Below, piece by piece: positions 61,497-64,000 of a stretch of DNA of 64,000 nt. Where the stretch lies: the NCBI GenBank assembly GCA_003599485.1, contig QZKM01000006.1, positions 2,922 to 66,921 on the forward strand. The letters are read 5' to 3'. Origin of the DNA: Gammaproteobacteria bacterium (GTDB lineage Bacteria; Pseudomonadota; Gammaproteobacteria; SURF-13). Position 1 is the first letter of the stretch; the number at the start of each line of letters is the position of its first letter. A program made the translations under genes and the position numbers. The notes under the pieces were generated by a model, which searched no databases, was not told where the DNA came from, and saw only the letters and a list, made by a program, of their open reading frames with translations.

Positions 61497-62020
61497 TGGA
61501 TAAGGCACGCGGATTCTCGCTGATCGAGATGGTGATCGCGGTCATCCTGGTGGGCATACTCTACGTCATCGCCATTGATAAACTTCTGGAGATGCGCGTG
61601 GACGCCGAGCGCGTGGCCATGGAAAACGTGGTGGGCGCCCTGAAGAGCGCGCTCAGCATCGAGGTCGCCGCGCATATCGTGCGCGATGACATCAAGGGTC
61701 TGTACACCCTGGAAGGAACCAACCCCATGCGGCGTCTGAGTGAAAAACCCAGGAACTATCTGGGCGAGCTGGCCGCTCCGGATCCGGCCGCTATTGAGGG
61801 CGGCAACTGGTACTTCGATACGCGCGAGGCGGCGTTGATCTACCGCGTCCAATACGGCGACTTTTTTAAGACAACCCTGCTCGGCCCGCCGCGCGCGCGC
61901 TTTGCGGTAAGGCTGGATTACGATGACCTGAACGGCAACCGCGTCTTCGACCAGGGCGTGGAAGAAGTGCACGGTCTGCGCCTTGAGGCTTTGGAGAGCT
62001 ATGCGTGGAACCTGAGTTAG
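61496..62020 (+). CDS. mshF: MshF-like minor (pseudo)pilin with class III prepilin leader
   Basis: MDKARG|FSLIEMVIAVILVGIL prepilin peptidase site. Start overlaps the mshG stop (TAATG). The larger 60893-62020 ORF is an out-of-frame artefact across mshG. Confidence 0.5.
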   Translation: MDKARGFSLIEMVIAVILVGILYVIAIDKLLEMRVDAERVAMENVVGALKSALSIEVAAHIVRDDIKGLYTLEGTNPMRRLSEKPRNYLGELAAPDPAAIEGGNWYFDTREAALIYRVQYGDFFKTTLLGPPRARFAVRLDYDDLNGNRVFDQGVEEVHGLRLEALESYAWNLS

Positions 62021-62064
62021 CAGCAGGTATGGGAATTTCCCTCACAGTATGAGACTATTTCATC

Positions 62065-62712
62065 ATGCAAATACACCTCCTGAATGAGATTCTGCTGGAA
62101 ACGCTGCTTGCCCTGCTGCTGGGCGGGGCGGCGTTAAGTTTGATCGTCGGCGTGTGGTTGTACTTCCACCCTGAGCGGCTGTTTTCGCTCGGTCAGCGGC
62201 TCAATCAATGGTTTTCCACGCAGTCGCTCACCCGGGCCATGGACGCCACCTTCCACATCGAGCGCCCCGTGTACCGCCGGCACCGTTGGATCGGCGCGCT
62301 GCTGGCCGTAAGCGCGCTCTACATACTGTACCAGTTGAGTTTCCGCTACGACAAAAGCGCCACCTTGCGCATGCTGGAGAATCACAACCTCCAGCTTGCC
62401 GGCTGGCTGCTGGATTCGGCCGCTTTTTTAATCGCGCTCACCAGCGTACTGACGCTGGCGATCGGCATTTGCCTGCTGATCAGGCCCAGCCTGCTGCGGG
62501 CGTTTGAAACATGGAGCAACCGCTGGTACCGCGGTGGCGACAAGGTGGCGCAGCTTCTGGACGACATGCATCATCACCCCGACCGCCTGGCCGTTCGCCA
62601 CTCACGTTTTATTGCGGTTTTGATCGTGCTGGGCAGCCTGTACGTGTTGACCAACCTGGGCTTTGTCGCGTTCACGCACGGCTGGGGTGTATTGTCGGTG
62701 CTCTACCGGTAG
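62065..62712 (+). CDS. hypothetical 4-TM inner-membrane protein inside the msh cluster
   Basis: 215 aa with four hydrophobic helices. No recognised family. Confidence 0.4.
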   Translation: MQIHLLNEILLETLLALLLGGAALSLIVGVWLYFHPERLFSLGQRLNQWFSTQSLTRAMDATFHIERPVYRRHRWIGALLAVSALYILYQLSFRYDKSATLRMLENHNLQLAGWLLDSAAFLIALTSVLTLAIGICLLIRPSLLRAFETWSNRWYRGGDKVAQLLDDMHHHPDRLAVRHSRFIAVLIVLGSLYVLTNLGFVAFTHGWGVLSVLYR

Positions 62713-63005
62713 CCGGATGCACTATATATCCTACCTTTACAGTAGGTTAAAAAGGTGAAGACGGGCAGGGACACTTGTTATGAAACAGCCAGTGCATTAT
62801 AGTAAACCTGTTTTTTATGGGGAAATAATATTGAAATAGTATTACTTTAAGCTTGGTTCCGCACGGAGGGCGTTCAAGCGCGCGCTGCGGCGCACGCGCG
62901 GACCGGAACTTGAGCATGGCGGATAGAAATCCGCGCAGTAGATTTATGGTGCTAGGGTAAGACAATGGGCTGCGGCCCCTTATACTTGACATTCTGGAGA
63001 AAAAT

Positions 63006-63464
63006 ATGGATATCAGAAAACAACCCGGCTTCACCCTCATCGAACTGGTGCTGGTCATCACCATCCTCGGTATCCTCGCCGCCTTCGCGGTGCCGCGCTT
63101 TATCAGCATAAGCGCAGACGCCCGCCTGGCGACGGTGAACAGCCTGGCCGGCAGCCTGCGCAGCGCCGCGGCGCTGGCGCATAGCGTCGCCCTGGTGCAG
63201 GCCGCGGGGGCAAGCTCCTCCATCAGCGTGGACGGAGCGACAGTAACCATGGTGCAACACTATCCCGCGGGCACCGCCGATGGTATCGTTGCCGCACTTC
63301 AGGATTTGACAGGATTCACCTCCTCCGCTTCAGCCGGCATCGTCACTTTCCAGGTCAAAGGCGTAGCCACGCCGGCTTCGTGTCAGGTGCAGTACACACA
63401 GGCAAGCGGGACAGGAGGGGCGCCCACGATCACCGTGACGGCGAGCACTTCGGGTTGTAGTTAA
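63006..63464 (+). CDS. mshB: MSHA-type type IV pilin (MshB-like), class III prepilin
   Basis: MDIRKQPG|FTLIELVLVITILGILAAFAVPRF leader and alpha1 helix. Confidence 0.75.
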   Translation: MDIRKQPGFTLIELVLVITILGILAAFAVPRFISISADARLATVNSLAGSLRSAAALAHSVALVQAAGASSSISVDGATVTMVQHYPAGTADGIVAALQDLTGFTSSASAGIVTFQVKGVATPASCQVQYTQASGTGGAPTITVTASTSGCS

Positions 63465-63526
63465 GCACGCGACGGTTACAGATTACGGTATGGGCTGCGG
63501 CCCTTGACTTTGAAAGGAGAACAAAC

Positions 63527-63976
63527 ATGAAAAAGCAAACCGGCTTCACCCTCATTGAGCTTGTATTGGTCATCACCATCCTCGGCATCCTCGCCGCCTT
63601 CGCGGTGCCGCGTTTTATCAACATCACCGGAGACGCCCGCCTGGCGACGGTGAATGCCTTGGCCGGCAGCATGCGCAGCGCCGCGGCGCTGGCGCACAGC
63701 ATGGCGCTGGCCACCGCTGCGGGCGCTGCTTCTTCAATCAGCATGGAAGGGGCCACCGTCACCATGGCGTTCCACTATCCTACCGGCGACGCAGCCGGGA
63801 TAGGGACGGCGCTGCAGGATACGGGCGGCTTTTTTTCAAACGCGTCGGGGAGCACCATCACTTTCAGCCCTGGTGCGGCTATTGATAGCGACTGTCAGGT
63901 GACCTACACCTCCTCCACCGGCACGGGGCTGTCTCCGACCATCACAGTAACCGCCAGCGCGGCAAACTGCGCCTAA
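63527..63976 (+). CDS. mshA: MSHA-type major pilin (MshA-like), class III prepilin; paralogue of upstream pilin
   Basis: MKKQTG|FTLIELVLVITILGILAAFAVPRF. The first ~60 aa are nearly identical to the upstream pilin; the C-terminal halves diverge. Confidence 0.75.
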   Translation: MKKQTGFTLIELVLVITILGILAAFAVPRFINITGDARLATVNALAGSMRSAAALAHSMALATAAGAASSISMEGATVTMAFHYPTGDAAGIGTALQDTGGFFSNASGSTITFSPGAAIDSDCQVTYTSSTGTGLSPTITVTASAANCA

Positions 63977-64000
63977 GCCTGAACGGGGCTCCGCCCTCCG

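Noticed and set aside
60893-62020. 375-aa ORF spanning the 3' half of mshG and mshF
   Set aside because: The first 600 nt are an alternative frame across mshG. The real gene (prepilin-like MshF) starts at the ATG at 61496, overlapping the mshG stop.
62960-63010. Sigma-54 (GG-N10-GC) or sigma-70 TTGACA promoter for pilin genes
   Set aside because: TGG and TTGA elements are present but the spacing is off for sigma-54. A TTGACA hexamer sits too close to the ATG to be a -35. Left as an unexplained conserved motif.

Overview
This window is a GC-rich (roughly 65%) chromosomal segment of a Gram-negative proteobacterium. Most of it is core genes; the last ~13 kb (51.3 kb to the end) is an MSHA-type type IV pilus cluster with inserted accessory material.

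The housekeeping part carries several operon blocks whose order matches E. coli: yibN-grxC-secB-gpsA, gpmI-envC-ctpA, ubiE-ubiJ-ubiB, hslVU and xseB-ispA-dxs. Other recognisable genes are aspS, nadA, folA, purU, apaH, typA, lysA, trmL, trmB and thiSG, together with a tRNA-Gly(CCC).

The pilus cluster runs mshI (split into a PilM-like and a PilN-like gene), J, K, L, M, N, E, G, F, an unknown membrane protein, then two tandem pilin genes. An AT-rich DUF4258/DUF2283 toxin-antitoxin cassette sits between mshE and mshG.

Points worth a second look, in rough order of interest:
- the AT-rich DUF4258/DUF2283 cassette inside the pilus operon
- an M48 metallopeptidase fused to a leaderless pilin-like domain
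- a ~150-bp multi-hairpin repeat present in two inverted copies, with a degenerate third relative
- a cytochrome P460 gene divergent from a MarR regulator that carries a four-Cys C-terminal tail, with twin palindromic operator candidates between them
- a BrnT/BrnA toxin-antitoxin pair
- phoB preceded by a Pho box but with no phoR, next to a porin gene with a Pho-box-like triple repeat
- a MITE-like element bounded by terminal inverted repeats, and a 17-nt repeat family bracketing tRNA-Gly-thiS-thiG
- an EAL-CBS-GGDEF protein whose GGDEF motif is GGDDF
- a lipoprotein with about ten PD40 beta-propeller repeats

All calls come from reading the ORF translations and the DNA directly; no database search was run.
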